This document shows positions 10,486-20,834 of a stretch of DNA of 64,000 nt, in pieces. Under the pieces are notes generated by a model. The model searched no databases, was not told the DNA's origin, and worked only from the letters and a program-made list of their open reading frames with translations. How positions within the stretch are numbered: the stretch's first letter is position 1; every line of letters begins with the position of its first letter. The stretch is from assembly GCA_964202905.1 (NCBI GenBank), contig CAXNJO010000013.1:75839-139838 (forward strand), given 5' to 3'. The position numbers were made by a program, and so were the translations under genes. Source of the stretch: Polyangiales bacterium (GTDB lineage Bacteria > Myxococcota_A > Polyangia > Polyangiales > JADJQN01).

Positions 10486-12474
10486 ATGGCGGTTTTCGAC
10501 CGGGACTCCGAGCGCAGGGAGATGGTCCGTGTGCAGCTCGTCGGGCGCGGGATCGCCGACGACGCCGTCCTCGCCGCGATGCGCGAGGTGCCGCGCGAGG
10601 TGTTCGTGCCCCCGGCGCTCGCGGCGCGCGCGTACGAGGACGGGCCGCTGCCGATCGCAGCCGGACAGACCATCTCCCAGCCGTTCATCGTGGCCGCGAT
10701 GGTGGAGGCGGCCCGCGTCACCCGCGACAGCCGCGTGCTCGAGATCGGCGCGGGCTCGGGCTACGCGGCGGCCGTCCTCTCGCGCATCGCGGCCGAGGTG
10801 TTCGCGATCGAGCGACACGAGGTCCTCGCCGAGGCGGCCACAGCGCGCCTTGCCGGACTCGGATACGACAACACCCTCCTCCGCTGCGCGGACGGCACGC
10901 GTGGGTGGCCGGAGCACGCCCCCTTCGACGCGATCATCGTCTCGGCCGGAGGCCCGACGGTGCCGACGGCCCTGATGGAGCAACTCGCGGTGAGCGGGCG
11001 CATTGTCATCGCCGTCGGCCCGACGCGCGACGAACAGCGACTCGTGCGCGTGGTGAAGCTCGGTCCCGGGCAACACGCGCAGGAGGACCTCGGCGCGGTG
11101 CATTTCGTGCCGCTCATCGGCGTCGGCGGCTGGCCCGCGTCCCTCGCGCCGGGCGGCGAGCGGCCTGCGGCGCAGCGCGGCGTCGCGCAGCTGATCCGCG
11201 AAAGCGCCGAGCCGCTCGACGACATCGACGAGGCCTCGCTCGGCGCGCTGCTCTCACGCATCGGAGACGCGCGCGTCGTGCTGCTCGGCGAGGCGACGCA
11301 CGGGACCTCCGAGTTCTACCGGATGCGCGCGCGGATCACGCGCGAGCTGATCCTGCGGCGTGGCTTCCGGATCGTCGCGGTCGAGGCGGACTGGCCTGAC
11401 GCGGCGGTGGTCGCTCGGCACGTGCGTCAGCTCCCGAGCGCGCCGCGCAGCTGGTCGGCGTTCAGCCGGTTTCCCACTTGGATGTGGCGAAACGCAGAGA
11501 CGCGCGAGCTGATCACATGGATTCGAGAATACAATTATGAACACAAGACATCGAGTGAAAGAGTCGGATTCTACGGCCTCGATCTCTACAGTCTCTACAC
11601 CTCGATCTCCGAGGTCGTCGGCTGGCTCGACCGCGTCGATCCCGCTGCAGCGCGGCGCGCGCGCGAGCGCTACGGCTGCCTCGCGACCTGGGCCGAGGAC
11701 CCGGCAGCCTACGGGCAGGCCGCACGCTCGCGGTTCGCGCGGATCTGCGAGCGGGAGGTCACGCAGATGCTGCGCGACCTGCTCGAGCGGCGCGTCGCGT
11801 GGGCGGGCGCGAACGGCGACGCCTTCCTCGACGCGCTCCAGAACGCGCGCCTCGTCGCCGACGCCGAGCGCTACTACCGCGTGATGAACGAGGGGGCCAC
11901 GGCGTCGTGGAACCTCCGCGATCAGCACATGTTCGACACGCTCGAGGCGGTGCTCGCCTTCCGCGGGCCGGGCGCGCGCGCCGTCGTGTGGGAGCACAAC
12001 TCGCACGTCGGCGACGCCACGGCGACGGACATGGGCGCACGCGGCGAGCACAACGTCGGGAGCCTCCGCCGGGCGCGCTTCGGCGAGGACGTCTACATCC
12101 TCGGCTTCGGCACGGATCGCGGCACGGTCGCGGCGGCGTCGGGCTGGGACCAGCCGGTGGAGATCATGCGCGTGCGGCCCGCGCGCGACGACAGCTACGA
12201 GGGCCTCTTCCACCGCGCCGGGCTCACCGCGGGCCTGCTGCATCTGCGCCGACCGCGGCGCGCGTCGGTGCGTGACGAGCTGCTCGTGCCGCGGCTCGAG
12301 CGCGCGATCGGCGTCGTCTTCCGGCCCGAGACCGAGCGCGCGAGCCACTGCTTCCAGGCGGTGTTGCCGCTGCAATTCGACGAGTACGCGTTCTTCGACG
12401 AGACGCACGCCGTCACACCGCTCCCCGCGGAGCAGCCGCACGGGATGCCTGACACCTGGCCGTTCGGGCTCTAG
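10486..12474 (+). CDS. pcm: Protein-L-isoaspartate O-methyltransferase fused to an erythromycin esterase-family domain
   Basis: GQTISQP, VLEIGAGSGY and APFDAI motifs, then LLGEATHGTSEFY, VEADWPD, WNLRDQHM, WEHNSH and ERAIGV. Confidence 0.92.
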   Translation: MAVFDRDSERREMVRVQLVGRGIADDAVLAAMREVPREVFVPPALAARAYEDGPLPIAAGQTISQPFIVAAMVEAARVTRDSRVLEIGAGSGYAAAVLSRIAAEVFAIERHEVLAEAATARLAGLGYDNTLLRCADGTRGWPEHAPFDAIIVSAGGPTVPTALMEQLAVSGRIVIAVGPTRDEQRLVRVVKLGPGQHAQEDLGAVHFVPLIGVGGWPASLAPGGERPAAQRGVAQLIRESAEPLDDIDEASLGALLSRIGDARVVLLGEATHGTSEFYRMRARITRELILRRGFRIVAVEADWPDAAVVARHVRQLPSAPRSWSAFSRFPTWMWRNAETRELITWIREYNYEHKTSSERVGFYGLDLYSLYTSISEVVGWLDRVDPAAARRARERYGCLATWAEDPAAYGQAARSRFARICEREVTQMLRDLLERRVAWAGANGDAFLDALQNARLVADAERYYRVMNEGATASWNLRDQHMFDTLEAVLAFRGPGARAVVWEHNSHVGDATATDMGARGEHNVGSLRRARFGEDVYILGFGTDRGTVAAASGWDQPVEIMRVRPARDDSYEGLFHRAGLTAGLLHLRRPRRASVRDELLVPRLERAIGVVFRPETERASHCFQAVLPLQFDEYAFFDETHAVTPLPAEQPHGMPDTWPFGL

Positions 12475-12501
12475 GCCGGCGCCCACCGAGGAGCTGCGCG
12501 C

Positions 12502-13674
12502 ATGACCAGCCACACCCGGCTCTGCTTCGGCGACGACGCGCGGGCGCGCGTGCTGACGGGCGCGACGGCCCTCGCCGATGCGATCCGCATCACGCTCGGC
12601 CCGCGCTCACGCAGCGTCCTCATCGGCGCGCGTTGGGGGACGCCGACTGTGTGCGACGACGGCGTGACCATCGCGCGGCAGCTGCACCTGAAGGAGCCCG
12701 AGGAGGACCTCGGCGTGCAGATGCTGCGCCAGGCCGCCGTCCGCACGGACGACGCGGTGGGCGACGCGGTGGGCGACGGCACGAGCACGTCGGCGGTGCT
12801 GGCGCACGCGCTCTTCGCCGACGGGCTCCGCAACGTGGTCGCGGGCGCGAGCGCGACGGAGCTGCGGCGCGGGATGACGCTCGCGTCGGCGGCCGTGAGC
12901 GACGCGCTCCGAGGCATGGCGCGCCCGGTGTCGTCGCGGAGCGAGAAGGTGCAGGTCGCGACCGTGTCCGCGCACGGCGACGCCACGCTCGGCGAGCTCG
13001 TGGGCGACGCGGTGCATCGTGTCGGCGGCGACGGAGTCGTCACCGTCGAAGAAGCGCGGGCGACCGAGACGAACATCGAGATCGTCGAGGGGATGCGCTT
13101 CGATCGGGGCTGTTTGTCGCCCTATTTCGTGACGTCGACCGAGCGCATGGAGTGCTCGCTCGACCACCCCTACGTGCTCGTGACCGACCGCCGCGTCGGC
13201 GCGCCGTCCGAGCGCGAGCTCAAGCAGCGCAAGGAGGCCGTCGAGGACGCGATCCGCTCGACGCAGGCCGCCGTCGCGGAGGGCATCGTGCCGGGCGGCG
13301 GCGGCGCGCTCGCACGCGCGGGGGCGGCGGTGATCGAGGTCGAACGCGGGCTCGAGGGTGATCGGCTCACGGGCGCGCGGATCCTGAGGACCGCCCTCGT
13401 CGCGCCGCTGCGGCAGATCGCGACGAACTCCGGGGCCGATCCCGGCGTCGTCCTCGAGCACGTGCTCGCGGGGAGCGGGGCCTTCGGCTTCGACGCGGCG
13501 ACCGGGCGCTACGGCGACCTCATCGAGGCGGGCATCGTCGATCCGGTGCAGGTCGTGCGGATCGCCCCCGAAAATGCGGTGTCCGTCGCCGGCACGCTGC
13601 TCCTCGCGGAGGCGACCATGACCGAGCGCGAGGACGACGCGGAGAACCCCGCCGCCCCCGACGGAGAGACCTGA
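12502..13674 (+). pseudogene. groL: GroEL-family chaperonin with an in-frame deletion of most of the apical domain (probable pseudogene)
   Basis: TLGP, DGVTIA, GDGTST and EGMRFDRG motifs; PYVLVTDR runs straight into RVGAPSE..KEAVEDA; only 390 aa. Confidence 0.75.
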
Positions 13675-13734
13675 GCGTCCGGATCGAACGCGTCGCTTCC
13701 GCGGCGCGGCGGCCGGCCCACGAGGAGACAACGC

Positions 13735-14154
13735 ATGCGAGCCGACGAGATCATGACCGACGAGGTGATCACCATCCGCGCGACCCAGACGGTCGCGGAC
13801 GCGCTCGACGTGTTCTCCGAGCGGCGCGTGCGTCATCTGCCGGTGCTCGGCGACGCGGGCCAGCTCGTCGGCATGCTGAGCGACCGCGACGTGCGCTCGC
13901 TCGGCGTGACGCATCCCCTCGACGAGCGCAGCCTCCAGCGGCTGCACGAGCGGCTGCGCGCGAGCGTGTCGAGCGCGATGCAGGGTGACGTCGCGACGGT
14001 CGGTCCCGACACGGAGCTGCGCGAGCTCATCGACACGATGCTCGAGGCGGGCGTCGGCGCGCTGCCCGTCGTCGACGAGGACACGGACTCGCTCGTCGGC
14101 ATCGTGAGTTACGTGGACGTGCTGCGCGCGGTCTCCTCGGCGCCCGAGGCCTGA
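13735..14154 (+). CDS. CBS-domain pair protein
   Basis: VRHLPV..GQLVGMLSDRD and GALPVVD..LVGIVSYVD. Confidence 0.9.
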   Translation: MRADEIMTDEVITIRATQTVADALDVFSERRVRHLPVLGDAGQLVGMLSDRDVRSLGVTHPLDERSLQRLHERLRASVSSAMQGDVATVGPDTELRELIDTMLEAGVGALPVVDEDTDSLVGIVSYVDVLRAVSSAPEA

Positions 14155-14200
14155 CGGGCCGAGTCCGTCGCGGGCGGCGCGGGCTGCTACCCTCGCGCAC

Positions 14201-15400
14201 ATGTTCGTCGCGTTTCTCTACGAGCTGCGCAAGCGCAAGGTCCCCGTCGGCACCACCGAGGCCGTGCAGCTCGCCCGCGCGCTCGGCGCGGGGCTGCACG
14301 GCTCGTCGCTCGACGGTTTCTACCACGTCGCGCGCGCCATCCTCGTGCACTCCGAGGCGCACCTCGACGCGTTCGACGAGGCGTTCGCCGCGCACTTTCG
14401 CGGGGTCGCGGCGGATGCCCTGAAGGTGCACGAGGAGCTGCTCGAGTGGCTCCGCGAGGCCCAGAAGCTCGAGCGGCCGCTCACCGAGGAGGAGGCCGCG
14501 CTCGGCGAGGCGCTCGACCTCGAGGAGTTGCGCCGCCTGTTCGAGGAGCGTCTCCGCGAGCAGAAGGAGCGCCACGACGGCGGCAACAAGTGGATCGGCA
14601 CGGGCGGCACCTCGCCGTTCGGGCACTCGGGGCGCGCGCATCAGCCGGGCGTGCGCGTCGGCGGGCCGGGCGGCGGCCGCAGCGCCGTGCAGATCGCCGA
14701 CGCCCGCAAGTATCGACCGTACCGCAGCGATCTCTCGCTCGACGTGCGGCAGATGCAGGTCGCGCTCCGCAAGCTGCGCGCCTTCGAGCGCGAAGGCGGC
14801 GAGCAGGAGCTCGACCTCGAGGGTACCATCGACGCGACGGCGAAGAACGCCGGCGAGCTCGACGTCGTGACGCGCCCACCTCGGCGCCCGAGCACGCGCG
14901 TCGTGCTGCTGATGGACGTCGGCGGCTCGATGGACCCGTACATCCACACGGTGTCGCGCCTCTTCAGCGCTGCGAGCAAAGCCTCGCATTTCAAGGATTT
15001 TCGCGCGTACTACTTCCACAACTGCGTGTACGGACGCGTCTACCGCACCGACCGCTTCGACGACCCGGTGCTCGTGCGCGACCTGCTCGCCGAGTGCGGC
15101 AAGCACTACAAGCTCATCGTGGTGGGCGACGCGCTCATGGCCCCCTACGAGTTGATGTCGCCGGGCGGCACGATCGACCCGAGCGAGGGCGAGCGCCTCG
15201 AGGGGATCCGCTGGCTCCAGCGCCTCGCCGATCACTTCGAGAAGAGCGCCTGGCTCAACCCGGAGGCGCCGCACTACTGGGCGGGCAACACGATCGAGGT
15301 CATCCGTCAGGTGTTCCCGATGTTCCCGCTCACGCTCGAGGGCCTCGGCGAGGCGGTCACGCACCTCGTTCGCGGCCGGGGCGCGCGGCGCGCAGCGTGA
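14201..15400 (+). CDS. VWA-domain (CoxE-like) partner of the MoxR ATPase
   Basis: HDGGNKWIGTGGTSPFG, MIDAS LLMDVGGSMDP, YYFHNC, VGDALMAPYEL, WLNPE. Confidence 0.9.
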   Translation: MFVAFLYELRKRKVPVGTTEAVQLARALGAGLHGSSLDGFYHVARAILVHSEAHLDAFDEAFAAHFRGVAADALKVHEELLEWLREAQKLERPLTEEEAALGEALDLEELRRLFEERLREQKERHDGGNKWIGTGGTSPFGHSGRAHQPGVRVGGPGGGRSAVQIADARKYRPYRSDLSLDVRQMQVALRKLRAFEREGGEQELDLEGTIDATAKNAGELDVVTRPPRRPSTRVVLLMDVGGSMDPYIHTVSRLFSAASKASHFKDFRAYYFHNCVYGRVYRTDRFDDPVLVRDLLAECGKHYKLIVVGDALMAPYELMSPGGTIDPSEGERLEGIRWLQRLADHFEKSAWLNPEAPHYWAGNTIEVIRQVFPMFPLTLEGLGEAVTHLVRGRGARRAA

Positions 15401-15495
15401 GCACGGCGCCGCGCCGAGGACATCCGGCGCGAAGGGCGTGAGCCGCGCATCGCGTGTGCGGTGCGGGCGCGCCCCCTCACGCGCTGAATGGCGAT

Positions 15496-16095
15496 TCAGT
15501 ACGCGCTGAGCAGCGCCTCGGTCGAGGCCGAGAGGCACACGCGCGTCGAGACGATGCCCGTCGGCGCGCGCACGTAGGCGAGCTCGCAGGCGAGCCCCGC
15601 GGGGCAGGACTCGTCACTCGTGCAGAGGTCCACGCAGAGGCCGAGCGAGCGCTCGCAGAACTGGCTGTTGCAGTCGCCGTTCTGCGTGCAGGCGGCGCCC
15701 GCCTGCCGGTTGTGCAGGCCCGCGCCCGTGTCCTGGAGACACACGGGGACCGTCTCGATGGCGGTCATCCCGGTGATGGCCGCCGGCGAGCCGGCGCCGA
15801 AGGTGCCCACGGTGAGCGCGTTGCCGCGCAGCGAGCAGTGCGTGCCGCTCGGGCACTGGCTGTTGAGGGCGCACGGCTGCGCGCACACGCCGCTCACGCA
15901 GCTCTGCGTGCCCCAGCGGCACGCGGGCGTGCCGGTCGCCGAGCACGCCGAGCCCGTCGCCGCCGTGCCGTTGTCGTCGAGCGCGCAGCGGGCATACATC
16001 GCGGGCGAGGTCCCGGTGATGCGGAGGATCTCGCAGACCGTGCCCGTCGCGCAGCTCCCGTTATCGCCAGGCGCGTGGTGCGAGCAGAAGTCCAC
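15496..16095 (-). CDS. Cys-rich repeat protein, probably a C-terminal remnant
   Basis: Repeated CxxxxxCxSxxC..C motifs; no signal peptide or convincing start. Confidence 0.55.
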   Translation of the reverse strand: MDFCSHHAPGDNGSCATGTVCEILRITGTSPAMYARCALDDNGTAATGSACSATGTPACRWGTQSCVSGVCAQPCALNSQCPSGTHCSLRGNALTVGTFGAGSPAAITGMTAIETVPVCLQDTGAGLHNRQAGAACTQNGDCNSQFCERSLGLCVDLCTSDESCPAGLACELAYVRAPTGIVSTRVCLSASTEALLSAY

Positions 16096-16215
16096 GCGAA
16101 ACGTGGCAGCGCGAACGCAGCGCGCCGGGCGACGCGCACGCGTGACGCTCGCCCGAGTTCCTCGCGATTTCAGGGAGATCGACGACGCCCCGCGGCGCGC
16201 TCGCCCGCCGAGGCG

Positions 16216-17097
16216 TCAGGGCGCGCGGAGGTTGTTCCCGCAGAGGTCGGTGTCGGGGTCCGCGTCGCACACGGGGTCCGTGCACGTCGGCGTGCCGAAG
16301 CAGCCCGCGCCGCCGCACGACTGGCAGCAGCGCGTGCCGCCCCCGCAGCGCGCGGGACCCTCGCACGACTCGCCGCGCGTGCGCTCGACGCAGCGACGTC
16401 CGACCACGCAGCCGCGCACCGGGTCGAAGATCTCGAGCGGGCCGCAGGTGCAGGCCATCGCCGCGCAGTCGAGCTCGCACGCCACGCCGCACACCGAGTT
16501 GCAGCAGGTGGCCGCCCACGTGCCGTCCGTCCGCGCGCAGAGCAGCTCGGGCGGGAGCGGATCCACGACGGCGCACATCGGATCGGCGACGCAACCCGCG
16601 TCGGCGTCGTAGTTGCGACCGCTGCCGCAGTTGCAGGCGGGGGCGCCGACCAGACAGACCTGCGGAGGCGGGAGGCCGCAGCGGTAGTCGCCGCATTCCT
16701 CCGCCCACCACGCCCACTCTCCGCCCGTCGCGCGGCAGCGCTGCGGTTTGCACGCGGCGTGCGCCGCCTCGCACGCAGCGAGGCTGTTGGCCCCGGTGGT
16801 CGCGCAGTCCGCGCCGACACACGCCCCGCAGTCGATCTCGGCGCACGCCTCGCCGTCCCAGTGCCAGCGCGAAGGGCCGTCACACAGCGCCACGGGACAC
16901 GGATCGCGGCGCGCGTCCTCGGGATCGCAGAGGTCCCGCGGCCCGGCATCGAGGACGTCGCCGTCGACCGGGGCGGCATCGGGCAGCGCCGCATCGGGCA
17001 GCGCGGCGTTGGGTGCGGTGTGCGTCGCGCTGCATGCCGCAGCGCCGAGCGCGAGCAGCAGGGACGTCGTGCGTGCCAGGGTGTGCCGAGTCGTCAT
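16216..17097 (-). CDS. Cys-rich secreted lipoprotein
   Basis: Lipobox AAAC, DAALP linker, many Cys. Confidence 0.75.
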   Translation of the reverse strand: MTTRHTLARTTSLLLALGAAACSATHTAPNAALPDAALPDAAPVDGDVLDAGPRDLCDPEDARRDPCPVALCDGPSRWHWDGEACAEIDCGACVGADCATTGANSLAACEAAHAACKPQRCRATGGEWAWWAEECGDYRCGLPPPQVCLVGAPACNCGSGRNYDADAGCVADPMCAVVDPLPPELLCARTDGTWAATCCNSVCGVACELDCAAMACTCGPLEIFDPVRGCVVGRRCVERTRGESCEGPARCGGGTRCCQSCGGAGCFGTPTCTDPVCDADPDTDLCGNNLRAP

Positions 17098-17203
17098 GAT
17101 CGCAGGAGCGATGCACGCGGCGTGCCCGCCTGCGCGACCTGCGCGATCGGCGCGACCCGGTCGTCCTTGACGCTGCGGTGCCGTCCCGGTCTGATGCGGC
17201 GCG

Positions 17204-19198
17204 ATGACGACCCCCCGGGAGAACGTGCGCCGCAGCGGCGAAGACGGCGATGCGCGCGACGCTTCCGGCGAAACCGAAGAGGCCCTGCGCGCGCGGATCG
17301 CGCACCTCGAGCGCGAGCTCGCCGCGACGCGCGCGGAGCGCGACTTCCTCTACGCCGCGCTCGAACACGTCCCGGTCGGCCTCGAGCTCTACGACCACGA
17401 GGGAGTCGCGCTCTGGCTCAACCGCGCGATGGTGGAGTTCACGGGGCTGCCCTCCGCCGAGATCGCGGTGGGGCGCTTCAACATCCTCACGGATCCGTTC
17501 TCCGTCGTGACGGGCATGGTGGACCTCTTCCGCCGCGCCTACGCCGGAGAGGTCGTCCACACGCGCGAGTTCGCGATCGACCTGCAGCTCGCCGCCATCG
17601 ACTGGGGCGCATCCGGCAAGCAGATCCGCTTTCGCATGGTGCTCTGCCCGCAGCGCGACGAGGCGGGGCGCGTGCTGCGCGTCCTCGCCGTGATGTTCGA
17701 GGTCACGCAGCACCACGTCGCGCGGCGCGTCGCCGAGCGGCTGCTCGCGACCGCGAGCGACGAGGAGGCCTCGCAGCTCGTCGTCCAAGAACTCGCCGGG
17801 GAGCTCGACATCGTCGGCGCGCGCGTCTGGCGCACGACGAACGCCACCGGCCCGGGCCTCGCGCTCGTCGCGCAACACGAACGTCACCGCGACGAGGGCG
17901 CACCGGCGCCGCCCGCGGACTTCGCGGAGCGCACGCGCGACGCGGCGCGCACGCAGGCCGTGCTGCGCGACGAGGGCGACGCGACGCGCTGGGAGGTCGC
18001 GCTCGGTGCGGCGGGGGCCCACGCCGACGCGCTCGGCGTGCACGCCCTCGTCGCGGCGCCCATCGCGGCGCCGCACGGCGTCATCGGCGTCATCGAGGTG
18101 GGCACCTCCTCGCGCTACCTCGCGACACAGGCGCTGCCCGCGATGGTCGAGCGGCTCGCGGAGCTCTACGCGGAGTTCGTCGAGCGCTCGCGCGCGCAGC
18201 GTCGCTTCGAGGCGCTGTTCGAGCGCTCGCCCGATCCCACGCTCGTCATCGACGCGGACGGCGCGGTGCGCGCGGCGAACGAGCGCGCGCGGGCCCTCCT
18301 CGGCGCGACGCCGACCTCGCTCACGACGACCTTCGAGGGATTCGCGGGGCTCGACCCGCGACACGCGGCGGTCTTCGACGGAGACGAGGCCGCGGGGGCG
18401 CCAGCCACCTGGATCGAGCGGACGATCGTCGATGCCCGCGGCGAGGCGATCCCCACGGAGACGGCCGTCTCCCTGCTCGACGCCGACCTCCACGGCGGCA
18501 CGAAGACGGCGCTCCTCGTGCTGCGCGATCTGCGCGAGCGCCTGCGCCTCGAGGCGGCGCTGCGCGGCTCGCTCGCCGAGAAGGACACGCTCCTCCGTGA
18601 GGTCCACCACCGCGTGAAGAACAACCTGCAGATCGTCTCGAGCCTCGTGAACATGCAGGCCGATCGGCTCACGGACACCGCCGCGCGCGAGGCGCTCGTC
18701 GAGTGTTCGGACCGCGTCCGCGCGATGTCGCTCGTGCACCAGGTGCTCTACGGCGGCGACGAGCTCGGCAGCGTCCCGCTCGACGCGTACACGCGCTCGC
18801 TCGCGCATCATCTGCAGGGCTCGCTCGATCCGCACTGCGCGATCACGTTCCGGCTCGCGCCGGTGCGCGTGTCGCTCGAGGACGCGGTGCCCTGCGGGCT
18901 CATCCTGAACGAGCTGGTCACGAACGCGATCAAGCACGGGCGGTCGCCCGATGGCGGCTGCGCCCTCGAGATCGCGCTCACGCTGCGCGACGAGGGCTTC
19001 GAGCTGTGCGTCCTCGACGACGGCCCCGGCTTCACCCTCCCCGTCCCGCGCGGCTCACTCGGCGTGCAGCTGATCCACGCGCTCGCGCGGCAGCTCGGCG
19101 GCGCGCTCACGACCTCCCCGCGGACGGACGCAGAGCGCGCCTCGGCACGCGTGAGCGTCCGCCGGCGCTTGCACGACGACGCGACGCCCGCGCACTGA
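17204..19198 (+). CDS. PAS/GAF sensor histidine kinase (HisKA_2 type)
   Basis: EVHHRVKNNLQ H-box; NELVTNAIKH, DDGPG, SLG..LI. Confidence 0.9.
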   Translation: MTTPRENVRRSGEDGDARDASGETEEALRARIAHLERELAATRAERDFLYAALEHVPVGLELYDHEGVALWLNRAMVEFTGLPSAEIAVGRFNILTDPFSVVTGMVDLFRRAYAGEVVHTREFAIDLQLAAIDWGASGKQIRFRMVLCPQRDEAGRVLRVLAVMFEVTQHHVARRVAERLLATASDEEASQLVVQELAGELDIVGARVWRTTNATGPGLALVAQHERHRDEGAPAPPADFAERTRDAARTQAVLRDEGDATRWEVALGAAGAHADALGVHALVAAPIAAPHGVIGVIEVGTSSRYLATQALPAMVERLAELYAEFVERSRAQRRFEALFERSPDPTLVIDADGAVRAANERARALLGATPTSLTTTFEGFAGLDPRHAAVFDGDEAAGAPATWIERTIVDARGEAIPTETAVSLLDADLHGGTKTALLVLRDLRERLRLEAALRGSLAEKDTLLREVHHRVKNNLQIVSSLVNMQADRLTDTAAREALVECSDRVRAMSLVHQVLYGGDELGSVPLDAYTRSLAHHLQGSLDPHCAITFRLAPVRVSLEDAVPCGLILNELVTNAIKHGRSPDGGCALEIALTLRDEGFELCVLDDGPGFTLPVPRGSLGVQLIHALARQLGGALTTSPRTDAERASARVSVRRRLHDDATPAH

Positions 19199-19206
19199 AC
19201 CGCGAT

Positions 19207-20607
19207 TCAGCGCTCGTCCGCGCCGAGGTCCGGGGCCCCGTCGTCGCGCGGGTCCCCGTCGAGATCGCGCGTCGCCTCCGCGACGGGGACCCCCTGATCG
19301 ATGGCCGCGGACGCCGAGGCGGCCAGGTGGAGATCCCCGCCCGCCGCGTCGACGAAGAGCGAGGGGTCGATCGACTCGAGGTTGTGGTCCGCCGTCGACG
19401 TGCCGCTCCGCACCGTGATCCGCCGCGCGAGGTTGTTCCGCACGGTCGTGATCGCGTTGTCGAAGCGCGTGTCGATGGACGAGAAAGAGCCCGTCGCCCC
19501 CGGCAGCTCGAGGATGGTGTTGTGGACGACGACCGCGCCGCGCGCCTGCGCGAGCTCGATGCCGGTGTCGTACCAGGGCACGTCCGCGACGATCACGTTG
19601 TTGCGGATGACCCCGCCGTAGTGGCCGACGAAGAGCCCCGGCGCGGGGTCGTCGGGGTACGCGCGCGAGGGTCCGGATTCGACGAGCCCGAAGCCGACGC
19701 CGCGCGCGCAGTCGACGATGCGGTTGCGCTCGACGACGGTGTCGCGCGAGCCGATCCAGAAGTGGATCGCGTGCTCCGCGAGGCCCTCGCCCGCGCAGTA
19801 CAGGCCGCGGAAGTCGTTGTCGCGGACCTGCCACCCGCGCGCCGCGTGCACGTCGATGCCGCCCGTGTAGCAGCCGCCGGGCGAGCGCTCGATGTACGGA
19901 CGGCCCGCGTCCGTGAGCTCGAAGTCCGAGCAGCTCACGGTGCCCTCGTCGACGAAGGCGCTGCGCGCCGTGTTCGGATTCACCTTGAGGAACTGCTCGC
20001 CGCAGTCGCGCAGCCGCACGCCGTGCATCGTGAAGCCGCGCACGTCGGCGCCGCCGTCAGGCGGGGTCACGTGCACGCAGTGGTCGACCGCGTGCGTGAT
20101 CGTGAGCTCCGCGACCGTGACGCGCGACGCGACCACGGAGAGGACCTCGAACGTCGTGTATTCGCCGTCGATCACGACGGCAGCGGCGTCGCCCGAGGCC
20201 GATCGGAGCGTGACGCCGTCGGCGCGCACGACGATGCGCCGCTCCGACTCGCCGCCCGTCATGCGGTAGACGCCGTCCGCGAGCAGGAACGTGGTGTCCG
20301 GGGCGGCGTCCCGCACGAGCGCCGGGAGCGACGCCGCCATGCCCGGATCGACGCGCACGATCGCGCCCGCGGGGGCGGGCAGCGGCGCGCACGCGGCGAC
20401 AGGCCCGGGCGGGGGGCCGCCCCCGTCGGTCGCAGGGACCGCGGCGTCCGCGGGGCCCGCATCGCCGGTCGGCGTCGCGCCATCGGTGGGCGGCGCCGCA
20501 TCGCGGAGGGCCGCGTCGGGGTCGGCTGCGTCGCCGCAGCCGGCGAGTGCGAGGAGCACGAGGTGCGGGAGGATTCCGCGCAGCGTCGGACCGGAAACAC
20601 GCGTCAT
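19207..20607 (-). CDS. Lipoprotein with a right-handed parallel beta-helix and a choice-of-anchor Q-like C-terminus
   Basis: LAGC lipobox; LADGVY; repeated NN/ERN beta-helix turns; GDLHL...SAAIDQG...DLDG..R...PDLGADE. Confidence 0.75.
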   Translation of the reverse strand: MTRVSGPTLRGILPHLVLLALAGCGDAADPDAALRDAAPPTDGATPTGDAGPADAAVPATDGGGPPPGPVAACAPLPAPAGAIVRVDPGMAASLPALVRDAAPDTTFLLADGVYRMTGGESERRIVVRADGVTLRSASGDAAAVVIDGEYTTFEVLSVVASRVTVAELTITHAVDHCVHVTPPDGGADVRGFTMHGVRLRDCGEQFLKVNPNTARSAFVDEGTVSCSDFELTDAGRPYIERSPGGCYTGGIDVHAARGWQVRDNDFRGLYCAGEGLAEHAIHFWIGSRDTVVERNRIVDCARGVGFGLVESGPSRAYPDDPAPGLFVGHYGGVIRNNVIVADVPWYDTGIELAQARGAVVVHNTILELPGATGSFSSIDTRFDNAITTVRNNLARRITVRSGTSTADHNLESIDPSLFVDAAGGDLHLAASASAAIDQGVPVAEATRDLDGDPRDDGAPDLGADER

Positions 20608-20834
20608 CGTCGGTCGCCTTTCGTGAGAGGGGGCCGAGGCGAGACGTTGCACGCCCAGCCCGCCGGACACCAGCGGGATCGGGCGACCAGCGGGACCGCT
20701 GGGCTGCCGCGCGACCCGCGTGGCACGCAAGGCCGCGTCACCGCGGGCGCGGCGCGCACTGAACCACGATTCAGCGCCGTGCGGAGCGCGGCGGGAACTG
20801 GACCCGCGCGGCTGCGGCGTGCGACACGCCCCCC

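Noticed and set aside
15454..18600. Very long alternative-frame ORFs (also 102-2132, 20604-23201, 57444-60116)
   Set aside because: Arg/Ala/Pro-rich shadow ORFs expected at this GC content, overlapping well-supported genes
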